Source: an uncultured delta proteobacterium
GTDB lineage: Bacteria > Desulfobacterota > Binatia > Binatales > Binataceae
Direction: 5' to 3'
DNA length: 64,000 nucleotides
Assembly (NCBI GenBank): GCA_963724765.1
Contig: CAVRVY010000004.1
Location: 96,001-160,000 of the forward strand
Shown piece after piece: positions 1 through 8,431 of the stretch. Below the pieces are notes generated by a model that was not told the DNA's origin, ran no database searches, and saw nothing but the letters and a program-made list of their open reading frames with translations. A program made the position numbers and the translations under genes. The number at the start of each line of letters is the position of its first letter. Position 1 is the stretch's first letter.

Positions 1-544
1 AGAGCACGTTGTCGAAGAGCATGATGACTGAGTAGCCGACCAACCCGGCGGAGAAAGCGTACGCCACCGACCAGCCGAAGCCCGCCGGGTCGAACACCAC
101 GACCCAGAACGAGCTGAGAATAAAAATCTGCGCCATCCTCCAGCCGTCGGTGAGTTGCGCGTCGCTCAGCAGGTAAGTCGATGCCGCGGCGGCAATCGCA
201 AAGAACGCGACGAGCATCCAGGGCGCCTCTACCAGCACGCCGGCCAGCGGGACCGAGGCCGCGAGCCCGACGCCCATGACGGCGATGAGCATGGCTCCGT
301 TCGCCGGCAGCATCATCGCGGCTGGAGCGGAAATGATCGACCACAGGAGGTAGATACCCAGTTCGGTATCGATGTGCATCGCGGCCATCAGGCCGGCTCC
401 CAGAGCCGTGATGAGAGCGGTGCGGACGGAAGCTCGAAGGCGGCCGGGCCTTGGGCTGAGTTCCTGGCTCAGAAAAGGGACGAACCGATCGAGCCGCGTC
501 TCAAGCGCGCTCAGCAGACGCAGCGCTGCGTTGGCGATGCTCAG
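1..544 (-). CDS. FUSC/MdtO-like inner-membrane efflux subunit, 5' part (runs off the window)
   Basis: Not in the ORF track; read manually: LSIANAALRLLSALETRLDRFVPFLSQELSPRPGRLRASVRTALITALGAGLMAAMHI..., followed by several hydrophobic helices. The F-x3-EL-x-x-RPGR segment resembles the MdtO N-terminus. It directly follows the MdtN-like gene; the start appears to be CTG overlapping the upstream TGA. Confidence 0.75.
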   Translation of the reverse strand, partial: MSIANAALRLLSALETRLDRFVPFLSQELSPRPGRLRASVRTALITALGAGLMAAMHIDTELGIYLLWSIISAPAAMMLPANGAMLIAVMGVGLAASVPLAGVLVEAPWMLVAFFAIAAAASTYLLSDAQLTDGWRMAQIFILSSFWVVVFDPAGFGWSVAYAFSAGLVGYSVIMLFDNVL

Positions 545-1575
545 CGGAAGCCCTGGATTGTGACGACCGCCGTCTGACCCATCCGAAACGGCCGCTCGGG
601 GTCGCGATTTTCGAGCACGATACGGACCGGGAAGCGTTGCGAGAGCCGCACCCAGTTCAGCGTCGGTTCGACCTGCGGCAATCCGGCTATGGTGGCGCCA
701 TTTTCCTGGTAGAGCGCCCATCCCGCTTCTTCCACGCGGCCCGCAAAGCGCCGGTTCGGATAGCTCAGCAAGTAGACCTCGACGCGCATACCGGGACGGA
801 TGTGATCGAGGAAGTTCTCGCGAAAGTTCGCCATCACGTACCACATGCGATTGTCGACCAGGCTCACGACCTGCCGGCCTTCGTTGGCGTACTGGCCGAC
901 CGCGATGTTGAGATTGGTGACGTAAGCGTCGAAGGGCGCGCGCACGTAGCAGTACTGCACATTGAGTTTGGCGTAGTACAGGGCCGCTTGCGCCGCCTTG
1001 CGCCGCGCGTTGAAGTCGCCGTACTGGCCGAGTTCGTTTTGCGACCTGCGCACGTCGTTATGGGCGCTCTCGACCGCCGCCTGGGCCGCCGCAAGGCGGC
1101 TTCGCGCGTTGAAGACGTCATTGGCCGTGACGAAATGCCGGGCGAGCAGCGGAACGATACGGTTGAGATACTGCTTGTCGTAGGCGGCGTCGGCTTCGAG
1201 CTGTTGCTGGCGCGCCTGGTTGGAATGGATCGCGTCCTGGAGCGCGTCTATCTGGAGATTGGTCAACGCGAGGCTTGCCTCGGCGCGTTCGAGCGCCGCC
1301 TGGTACGGCCGCGGATCGACCACGAAGAGCAGCGCGCCTTTGGCTACGTGCTGGTTGTCGTGAATTGGCAGTTCGACGATCGGGCCGCTCACGTGCGGCG
1401 CGATGCCGACGACGTTGGCCCGCACGTAAGCGTCGTCGGTGCGCGGGTAAATGTAGTACAGGCGCAGAACGTAGAGGCCGACTACGATCGCGCTGACGAC
1501 GATTGAGAGGCCGACGATGCGGCCTGCCACGTGCAGAATCCTCGAGCTTTCCGCGAGTGCTTCGTCGTCCGCCAT
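541..1575 (-). CDS. HlyD/EmrA/MdtN-type membrane fusion protein
   Basis: N-terminal TM helix, PRTDDAYV, IAPHVSG..V.KG.LLF.VDPRPY lipoyl half, coiled hairpin, VRAPFDAYVTN, and WVRLSQRFPVRI, all typical of MdtN/AaeA. Confidence 0.92.
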   Translation of the reverse strand: MADDEALAESSRILHVAGRIVGLSIVVSAIVVGLYVLRLYYIYPRTDDAYVRANVVGIAPHVSGPIVELPIHDNQHVAKGALLFVVDPRPYQAALERAEASLALTNLQIDALQDAIHSNQARQQQLEADAAYDKQYLNRIVPLLARHFVTANDVFNARSRLAAAQAAVESAHNDVRRSQNELGQYGDFNARRKAAQAALYYAKLNVQYCYVRAPFDAYVTNLNIAVGQYANEGRQVVSLVDNRMWYVMANFRENFLDHIRPGMRVEVYLLSYPNRRFAGRVEEAGWALYQENGATIAGLPQVEPTLNWVRLSQRFPVRIVLENRDPERPFRMGQTAVVTIQGFR

Positions 1576-1585
1576 CAGTCCGCGC

Positions 1586-1858
1586 TCAAATGCGGTTGAA
1601 GAAAATCATCCAGACTACGCAGGACAGCAGCAGGGCGAGGCATGGATACACGACCGTCAATGGTCCGAGGTAAGGTTCGATATGGGTCGCGGCGAACAGT
1701 GTCCGCAGGGCCGCTGCGAGAGCGACGCCCACGATCACGCAAATCAGCCAGGACGGAAAATCCGCGCCGGCGATATCGACCACCGGGTCGCAGCCGGCGC
1801 ACAGCAGCGCCGCAAACGTCAGCGCCGCGAGCGGAAGATGACAGACTCTTGGATGCAA
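1586..1858 (-). CDS. YtcA-family small lipoprotein/membrane protein
   Basis: Lipobox-like LLCAGC then DPVVDIAGADFPSWLIC and two TM segments; position upstream of an MdtN-like gene as for ytcA. Confidence 0.8.
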   Translation of the reverse strand: MHPRVCHLPLAALTFAALLCAGCDPVVDIAGADFPSWLICVIVGVALAAALRTLFAATHIEPYLGPLTVVYPCLALLLSCVVWMIFFNRI

Positions 1859-1878
1859 GTTATTAATGACACATTACA

Positions 1879-3207
1879 CTAGTAGGGATTCGCGATAGGC
1901 AATTCCTGCGCCGGGAACAGCGTTATCACCTTGCATCCCTCGGGCGTGACTACCAGTTCCTCTTCGATCCGCGCGGCCGAGAATCCGTCGCTCGCCGGGC
2001 AATAGGTCTCCAGCGCGAACACCATCCCGGCCTTGATTTCGGCGGGCTGCTTGAGCGAGTTCAGCCGGCTGATGAGCGGGCGCTCGTGCAGTGCGAGACC
2101 GAGGCCATGCGCGAACTGCAACCCGAAAGCGGCAAGCTCGCTCTCGAAGCCGAACTCCTCGGCCTTGGGTAAAGCCTTGGCGACGTCGTCGCTGCTCGCT
2201 CCGGGCTTGACCAGCGCCATCGTGCGATCCATCCATTCGCGCGCCTGCGTGTACGCGTCGCGCTGCGCCGCGGTGGCGCGGCCGACGTTGAAGGTGCGGT
2301 AGTAGCAGGTCCGGTAACCGGTGTAGGACTGGATGATATCGAAGAAGGCCTGGTCGCCGGGCCGGATGATGCGATCGGTAAAGTTATGCGGATGGGGGCT
2401 GCAGCGCTCACCGCTGATCGCGTTTATCGCTTCGACGTCATCCGACCCTAGCTGGTAGAGCATGCGGCTGGCTTCGGCGACGAGATCGGATTCGCGCACT
2501 CCCGGTTTCAATTTTTCCCACAGCATGTGATAAACCCCATCGACCATCGCCGAGGCGGTGTTGAGCAGCATGATCTCATCGATGCTCTTGAGCTCGCGCG
2601 CTTCCAGCATCACCTGCTGACAATCGCGGACCTCCAGCCCCGCGCGCTGCAACTCGAACAGCATCGCCGGTTCCACCAGGTCCAGGCCAAGCGGCATCCG
2701 CTCGACCCCGTGCTCCTTGAGCAGCGACTTGATCTCCTCCGCATGCATCCGCATCAGGCCCGACTCTGGCGGTATGGCCCCGCGCAGTCCGGGCATCCCG
2801 GCCCGGCAATGGTCGTGCGGCAGCCACGGCGAATACAACTGGTGATGCTTTACCGCCGAGCCGAAGTCCCAGACGTAGGGCTCGGCGTCGCCGGCCAGCA
2901 GGGCGAAGCGAATCATCTTGTCGCGCGCCCACTCGCCAATCACGGTGCTGGTAAGGTAACGGATGTTGTTGGTGTCGAAGCACAGTATCGCTCCGAGATC
3001 AGAGTGGCCAAGCGCCTGGCGCGCGCGCGCCAGCCGATAATCGTGCAGCCGGCGGAAATTTACCCGCTCTTCGAAGTCGACCGCGCGCTGGCCGGGAGCC
3101 GCCAGCGCGCGCTTCCAGTTGTAATGCGGATCCAGCGCGGCGGCGCGCCTGGTATCCACAACCTCGCTGGCCTTGACGATTTTGGGCTGGGTCCTGGCAG
3201 TAGCCAT
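1879..3207 (-). CDS. M24 family (Xaa-Pro peptidase/creatinase-like) metallohydrolase
   Basis: Creatinase-N region (NIRYLT), KSIDEI, FFDII, HGLGLALHERP, GMVFALET, ARIEEELVVT; ATG at 3207 with GAGG upstream. Confidence 0.88.
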   Translation of the reverse strand: MATARTQPKIVKASEVVDTRRAAALDPHYNWKRALAAPGQRAVDFEERVNFRRLHDYRLARARQALGHSDLGAILCFDTNNIRYLTSTVIGEWARDKMIRFALLAGDAEPYVWDFGSAVKHHQLYSPWLPHDHCRAGMPGLRGAIPPESGLMRMHAEEIKSLLKEHGVERMPLGLDLVEPAMLFELQRAGLEVRDCQQVMLEARELKSIDEIMLLNTASAMVDGVYHMLWEKLKPGVRESDLVAEASRMLYQLGSDDVEAINAISGERCSPHPHNFTDRIIRPGDQAFFDIIQSYTGYRTCYYRTFNVGRATAAQRDAYTQAREWMDRTMALVKPGASSDDVAKALPKAEEFGFESELAAFGLQFAHGLGLALHERPLISRLNSLKQPAEIKAGMVFALETYCPASDGFSAARIEEELVVTPEGCKVITLFPAQELPIANPY

Positions 3208-3372
3208 GGTCCGAATCCTCACGCAGCTGGCAGATTCCTGCGTTGGTCCTTGTGCATCCGCACGCTGGTCACGTCAGTGGAGTTTCGCCTGGATGCATTT
3301 CCCCTTGGATGCCTGTGCCGCAAAAGATACGGGTAAGATTGTTCGCAAACGCACGCGGAGTCAATTCGCAGC

Positions 3373-4887
3373 ATGCCCATTTCGAGCTATTTCAGAAGAG
3401 CGCTACTCTTTGGCATTGGTATCGGCGTCCTCGCGGGTCTGGCCGGATGCGCGCGGCTGGCTGAGCAGCCCGAGGTCAATCCGGATCGATGGGCTCCCTC
3501 CAGCGCCATTCGCATCTGGACCCCGTCGCCGGCGTCAGCGGGCGACTATCGGATGCCAAGCGAACCGCAGCCAGTGCCGGGTGCGGTCGCGCCGGCGCGC
3601 GCGCAGCCCTCCGGGCTGGAGCCCGTGCATCGGGAAGGCCAGCCCTACGATTTGTCCGCGTTGCTCGACCTGGCGCTGCGCGAAAACCCCGACACGCGGT
3701 TCGCCTGGGAGTCGGCGCGCCAGGCGGCCGCGAATTTTGGCGCGGCCCGCGCGCCGTACTATCCGCTGGTGAGCGCCAACTCGGCCAACGGTTACACGCG
3801 AACGCTGTTCCCGCTGCCCGGCGGGCAGATTGCTCAATACAAGGTATGGCAAGCCGAGCCCCTGGTGCAGATGACTTACACACTGTTGGACTTTGGCCGC
3901 CGCAGCTCGGCCGCGGAGGCTGCGCGCCAGACGCTGGCCGCGGCCAATTTCAGTTTCGACCGCAAGATGCAGGACGTGGTCTTCGGAGTGCAACGCGCGT
4001 ACTACGCGCTCTGCGCGGCCAAGGCCGCGGTGACCGCGGCGCGCCAGAATCTCGAGCTCGCGCAATCCGACTTCGACGCCGTACAACAGCGCCTTAATCT
4101 TGGCCTCGCCACCGAGCCCGCGCTGCTGCTCGCCAGGGAGCGTGTCGCGCAGTCGCAATACGACGTCGCCAACGCCGAGTTGATGGTGCACGACGCACAG
4201 GCCGGCCTGGCCGCCGCGATCGGCATTTCGGCTAATCCGCCAATCGAGGTGGCGAGCTTCGAGAACGAGGCGGTGCCGACCGCGCTCAACGGCCAGGTCG
4301 ACGAACTCATCGCGGCCACCATGAAGCAGCGTCCCGACCTGGCGGCCAAGATCGCAGGGCTACGCGCGAGCGAGGCGCGGGTCGCCCTGGCCAAGGCGGC
4401 CTGGTATCCGACCGTCGACCTGAGCGCGAACTACGGCCAGCTCATCTGGCGCTACACATTCGCCGGACCGCCGAACACCTGGGCCAATCAGCCGCAATAT
4501 TCGGCGCTGGTCACGCTGCAGTGGGACGTGTTTACGGGACTCAAGCGGCTCAATGACGTGAGAGCGGCCGAGGCGGAGGACGAGGCGACGCGCGCGGGTG
4601 TCAAATCGGCGGAAATCGGCGCGATCGCCGAGATGTGGCGCGCCTACTATGAGTTTCAATCGTCGCTCAAGAAATACTCGTACGGGCAGGCGCTGCTCGC
4701 GGCGGCTCAGGAAGCCTACGACGCCAACATCGAGACCTATCGGCAGGGCCTCAGTACAATCGTTGAACTGTTGACCGCGCAGCGCGACCTCGCCAACGCG
4801 CGCTATACTCTGATTCAGAGCAGGGCAGACTTGCTGACGTCGTATGCCGCGGTAGCCTATGCGGCTGGAGCAGTGCGGATGCCTTGA
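3373..4887 (+). CDS. TolC/outer-membrane efflux (OEP) lipoprotein
   Basis: Lipobox LAGC; two OEP repeats (ALRENPD...YYP...LLDFG; RPDL...WYP...DVFTG); YRQGLSTIVELLTAQ. Confidence 0.92.
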   Translation: MPISSYFRRALLFGIGIGVLAGLAGCARLAEQPEVNPDRWAPSSAIRIWTPSPASAGDYRMPSEPQPVPGAVAPARAQPSGLEPVHREGQPYDLSALLDLALRENPDTRFAWESARQAAANFGAARAPYYPLVSANSANGYTRTLFPLPGGQIAQYKVWQAEPLVQMTYTLLDFGRRSSAAEAARQTLAAANFSFDRKMQDVVFGVQRAYYALCAAKAAVTAARQNLELAQSDFDAVQQRLNLGLATEPALLLARERVAQSQYDVANAELMVHDAQAGLAAAIGISANPPIEVASFENEAVPTALNGQVDELIAATMKQRPDLAAKIAGLRASEARVALAKAAWYPTVDLSANYGQLIWRYTFAGPPNTWANQPQYSALVTLQWDVFTGLKRLNDVRAAEAEDEATRAGVKSAEIGAIAEMWRAYYEFQSSLKKYSYGQALLAAAQEAYDANIETYRQGLSTIVELLTAQRDLANARYTLIQSRADLLTSYAAVAYAAGAVRMP

Positions 4888-4898
4888 GCAGGCGAATG

Positions 4899-4926
4899 TT
4901 GACGCCGCGGGCAGAGTAGCTATAAC
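4899..4926 (+). promoter_or_regulatory. Putative sigma70 promoter for the CMD/AhpD gene
   Basis: TTGACG (4899-4904), 16-nt spacer, TATAAC (4921-4926); GGAGG SD before the start. Confidence 0.55.
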
Positions 4927-4964
4927 CGAAAGAATCCGAAGCTGCATCGGATGGAGGTGGCGTG

Positions 4965-5540
4965 ATGCGTGTCAAGGGAGTCCCACTTGAAGAGGCCGCA
5001 CCCAACGTGCAGGAACTCTATCGCAAACTCGCGGAGCGGTTCGGCCGGGTCGCGCTACCGCTGACCGCGCTTGCACACTGTCCCCAGGTGGCTGAGGCAT
5101 ACTCGGCGCTGGCCGGTGCGATCACACGGTCGCAAGTGGTCGAGCCGCGGCTCAAGACGCTCGCCTGCGTGCGCGCGGCGCAGATCGCGGGATGCCCCTT
5201 TTGAGTGGATATCAACTCTGCCGTGGGCAGAGAACAGGGGATCACTGACGCGCAGCTCGCCGAGCTGGCGAACTTCGAAGACAGCACGCACTTCAACGCG
5301 CTGGAAAAAACCGTCCTGCGCTATACCGAAGGGATGACGCACAATCCGGCGGAGGTCGCGGACCCGGTTTTCGAGGAATTAAAGCAATACTTTAATACCG
5401 CGCAGATCGTCGAATTGACCTCGATGATCGCGTTCGAAAATCTTAGAGCGCGTTTCAACCGCGCCTTGCATATCGAGAGCGACGGCTTCTGCGAGTTGCC
5501 GGCGGACCATCCGGTTCGTAAGGCGGTACCGGGCTGGTAA
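4965..5540 (+). CDS. Carboxymuconolactone decarboxylase/AhpD-family protein, probable selenoprotein (CxxU)
   Basis: ORFs 4962-5204 and 5205-5540 are in one frame, separated only by TGA 5202-5204 in AAQIAGCPF*VDINS, where the second Cys of the CxxC is expected. The C-terminal half is typical of CMD proteins (FNALEKTVLRYTEGMT, QIVELT..IAFEN..ARFN.AL). Confidence 0.85.
5205..5232 (+). promoter_or_regulatory. Putative bacterial SECIS element
   Basis: Perfect 7-bp stem CTCTGCC-GTG-GGCAGAG (5216-5232) starting 11 nt after the in-frame TGA, with a G/GT-containing apical loop. Confidence 0.7.
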
Positions 5541-5617
5541 GGGTCGTGAGTGAGGGTTTGCCGCGGTGTCCTTGCGCGGTGCGAACTCTCAATGCCGGTC
5601 TTCCGGCGATCGCTAAA

Positions 5618-6517
5618 TCACGCGGTCCGCTGACGTACGAACTCCCCGATCTTGTCGATGGCATCCTGGCCTTCGGGAAGAATCGGTGCGGCCAGATGCC
5701 ATACGTGAGGCATCTCGTCCCAGATCTGCAGGGTGACCTCGACGCCCGCCTCCTTGGCGCGATCGGCAAGACGGGTCGAATCGTCGAGCAGAGTCTCAGC
5801 GTTGCCGACCTGGATAAACAGCGGGGGAAGATCGTTGAGGTAGGCGTTGATCGGCGCGGCCAGCGGTTCGCGCAGGTTGCCGTTTTCGCCGACGTACATC
5901 TTCGCGATCCTCAGGATCATGTCGCGCGAGACCAGCGGATCCTGCGCTGCCCGGCTGGTCATCGACTCGCCCTCGGCCTCGAAATCGACCCACGGCGAGA
6001 TGCAAACGGCGGCGGCCGGCGCCGGCGTTCCGAGGTCGCGCACTGCGAGTAGCGTGGAAATCGCGAGCCCACCACCGGCGGAATCGCCCGCGAAGACGAT
6101 GCGCTCGGGCTTGCAGCCCTGCGCCAGGAGCCATCGATAGGCTGTGATCGCGTCGTCGACGGCGGCAGGAAACGGGTTCTCGGGTGCGAGACGATAGTCC
6201 AGCGCGAGGACTCGCGCCTGCGCGGCCTTGGATAGCCGCGCCATCAGCTCGCGATGGGTGTCGATCGAGCCCATCACGTAACCGCCGCCGTGCAGGTACA
6301 TGATGATCCGGTCGAGAGCCGCAGAGTTCGCGGTTATCCACTCCGCTTTGACACCGTTAGCGTTCACCCGCTCGCACTTGACCTCGCCGGCGCTGGGGAA
6401 GGCGGAGAACGCCGCAGCCATCGCGGCGCGCAGCTCCTGAGGGCTCTTGGCCTGCGCGGCGCCTTGCGCGAATGCCTTGTACTGCTCGAACACCTTTTGA
6501 AGCTGCGGACTGGCCAT
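5618..6517 (-). CDS. Alpha/beta hydrolase, HSL-like esterase
   Basis: HGGG oxyanion motif, YRLAPE, GDSAGG nucleophile elbow, E..LLDDS, MPHVW. Confidence 0.92.
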   Translation of the reverse strand: MASPQLQKVFEQYKAFAQGAAQAKSPQELRAAMAAAFSAFPSAGEVKCERVNANGVKAEWITANSAALDRIIMYLHGGGYVMGSIDTHRELMARLSKAAQARVLALDYRLAPENPFPAAVDDAITAYRWLLAQGCKPERIVFAGDSAGGGLAISTLLAVRDLGTPAPAAAVCISPWVDFEAEGESMTSRAAQDPLVSRDMILRIAKMYVGENGNLREPLAAPINAYLNDLPPLFIQVGNAETLLDDSTRLADRAKEAGVEVTLQIWDEMPHVWHLAAPILPEGQDAIDKIGEFVRQRTA

Positions 6518-6644
6518 CGGGGAATTTCTCCTTGGCTAAACTGACCGCCAGCCGGCGCGCGGACGCGGCCGGATGTCAGCGCGAGCGTAGTGCAGACGCG
6601 CTGGAGTGACAAGCCACGGCGCGGCGCGCCGAGGGCGACCTGCC

Positions 6645-7193
6645 CTAGCGCGAGGCCTGGCGCGCCGGCTCGCCGCGCTCTTGCAAGCTCGCGGAGTTAG
6701 CCGCTCCCTCGGTCGGCGCGCTCCAGACCAGGTGGCCATCCTCGTTGAAGATCTCGAAGCTCGATTTGCCGTTGGGCAACTGCACGAAGTTGGCGCGGTT
6801 GCGCCCGGTCTTGTCGACCAGGTGGATACTGGCCGAGTCGTCCAGCGGCACGTTGAGCCCGATGCGCACGCGGCCTTGGGCGTCGTAGAGGCCTACCGCC
6901 GATTCCCCGTCCGCCAACACACCCATCGCCAGCCTGCGCTTACCCGAGGTGGTGAGGAAACTCAGCCGCGCGAGGTCGTCGGGCGTGACGCTCAGCTCAG
7001 CGCGCTGGCGCCCCGAAGCGTCAACGAGTTGAATCTCCTGGGCGATTATGCGTTCGGCCGTAACCGTCCTCGGCTGCCGCGCTTCGGCGGCGACGACACT
7101 GCGGGGCGCAAAGAGCTGCCCCCACAGCATCGCGCCGAAAAAGCCTCCGCCGATCGCCATCGCCACGGTCATCCAGGGTTCACGAACCTTCAT
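6645..7193 (-). CDS. Hypothetical membrane-anchored/exported protein with about 22-aa beta repeats
   Basis: ATG 7193 with GGGAGA SD; N-terminal hydrophobic segment; repeats LVDASGRQRAEL / FLTTSGKRRLAM / LYDAQGRVRIGL / LVDKTGRNRANF / IFNEDGHLVW. Confidence 0.7.
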   Translation of the reverse strand: MKVREPWMTVAMAIGGGFFGAMLWGQLFAPRSVVAAEARQPRTVTAERIIAQEIQLVDASGRQRAELSVTPDDLARLSFLTTSGKRRLAMGVLADGESAVGLYDAQGRVRIGLNVPLDDSASIHLVDKTGRNRANFVQLPNGKSSFEIFNEDGHLVWSAPTEGAANSASLQERGEPARQASR

Positions 7194-7333
7194 CAGGAAT
7201 TCTCCCTTTAAGCTTCGAGCACGACCAGCAGCCGGGCCAGCCACAAGGGCAAGCGGCCGCGAAAATCCTGAGGCTCCTGCCCGCGGTGCCGCTCCGCGCG
7301 GCCGGTCGGGTTGAATCGTAGCAAGCGGAGGTT

Positions 7334-8233
7334 TCATTGCGAAGGCGGCGACGGCTGATCGACCGCCCCAGACATGCCTTCCGGCATCCGGGTGCCCGAA
7401 TCGGTATTGGCGAGCTTGAGTTGGGCGGCGGTAAGGCCCACGGCGTTGCGCAAATCGGCGCGGCTGAGGTCCGCGCCCGCCAGATTAGCCCGGGTGAAGT
7501 CGACCCCGTCCATCTCCAGGCCGGTCAGGATGGCGTCCTGGAGGTTGGCGGCCGTAAGGTTGGCGCCGCGCATATTGGCGCCGAGCAAATTGGCCTGCGT
7601 CAGGTTAGCGGCCTTGAAGATCGCGCGTTGCAGGTCGGCGCCCTCGAGGCTGGCCTGGCGCAGTGAGGCCCTCGCAAGGTCCGCATGTCTGAGGTTGGCC
7701 TTGATGAGGCGCGCGGAATCGAGATTCACGAACCACATCGTCGCGCTCTGCATTTGTGCGCCGCTCAGATTCGCGCCCCTAAAGTTGGCGCTGTTAAGCC
7801 TGGCGCCTTGAAGCTGCGCGTCCGTGCAATCGGCTCCCGCGAACCACTGCTGGCTTAGGTCGGCCCCCTGCCAATGCGCGTTGCGGCACAAGGCGCGCGG
7901 CGGGAGCCTGAGCACCGGGATTAGCCGTCCCGCCGAAGCCGTGGAAAGGAATTCGAACGGGGATGCAACGGTCATCGCCGACGAGGCGTCAGACCGCGCC
8001 AGAGGGGCAGGGCAGATGGATCGTCGATGCGCCGGTTTGTGGTCTGCGAGTGGCACGAAGGCGATGACAGTGGCCACGGAAACCGCTGTAGCAAGTATAC
8101 AGGATCGAACCGTGCCGAAACGCGAATCGCAGCACGATCGCCGCTGACTCTCGGCACGGCCTGCTCGCGGGGGAATCGATGTGCCGGGCAATGCCCCCGT
8201 GCCTTCAGTGTTGCGTGTTAGAGAGCCCATCAT
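7334..8233 (-). CDS. Pentapeptide-repeat protein
   Basis: Long A(N/D)L(x)(x) tandem array in the C-terminal half; hydrophobic segment near the N-terminus; start uncertain. Confidence 0.85.
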   Translation of the reverse strand: MMGSLTRNTEGTGALPGTSIPPRAGRAESQRRSCCDSRFGTVRSCILATAVSVATVIAFVPLADHKPAHRRSICPAPLARSDASSAMTVASPFEFLSTASAGRLIPVLRLPPRALCRNAHWQGADLSQQWFAGADCTDAQLQGARLNSANFRGANLSGAQMQSATMWFVNLDSARLIKANLRHADLARASLRQASLEGADLQRAIFKAANLTQANLLGANMRGANLTAANLQDAILTGLEMDGVDFTRANLAGADLSRADLRNAVGLTAAQLKLANTDSGTRMPEGMSGAVDQPSPPSQ

Positions 8234-8366
8234 TGGCGACGCGAACCAGTGGCTGAGCGCCCGCCTGCGTCACCGTAGCACAGAACTCGCTAGAAGGCTG
8301 AAGCGTTCCAAGTAACTGGAGCAGCGTTTAATGTCCACGATGCGCATTGCCGGGGCCGAAGGGCGG

Positions 8367-8405
8367 AAAAGAAACCGCCGGCCCTGCGAGAGCAGGGCCG
8401 GCGGT
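8367..8405 (-). terminator. Rho-independent terminator after the DUF1329 gene
   Basis: 14-bp perfect stem ACCGCCGGCCCTGC/GCAGGGCCGGCGGT with a 4-nt loop, followed on the minus strand by TTCTTTT. Confidence 0.8.
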
Positions 8406-8431
8406 GGCGTTACAGTTGCGCTGCCGGAAAA

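Noticed and set aside
5205-5540. Separate 111-aa gene starting at GTG 5205, or a nonsense pseudogene
   Set aside because: No SD before 5205; the TGA sits at a conserved Cys position and is followed by a SECIS-like hairpin, so read-through is the better explanation
7400-7880. Periodic 15-nt DNA pattern (and the Kelch repeats at 16030-17000) as a CRISPR or tandem array
   Set aside because: Explained by protein-level pentapeptide and Kelch repeats; no identical repeats with unique spacers and no cas genes
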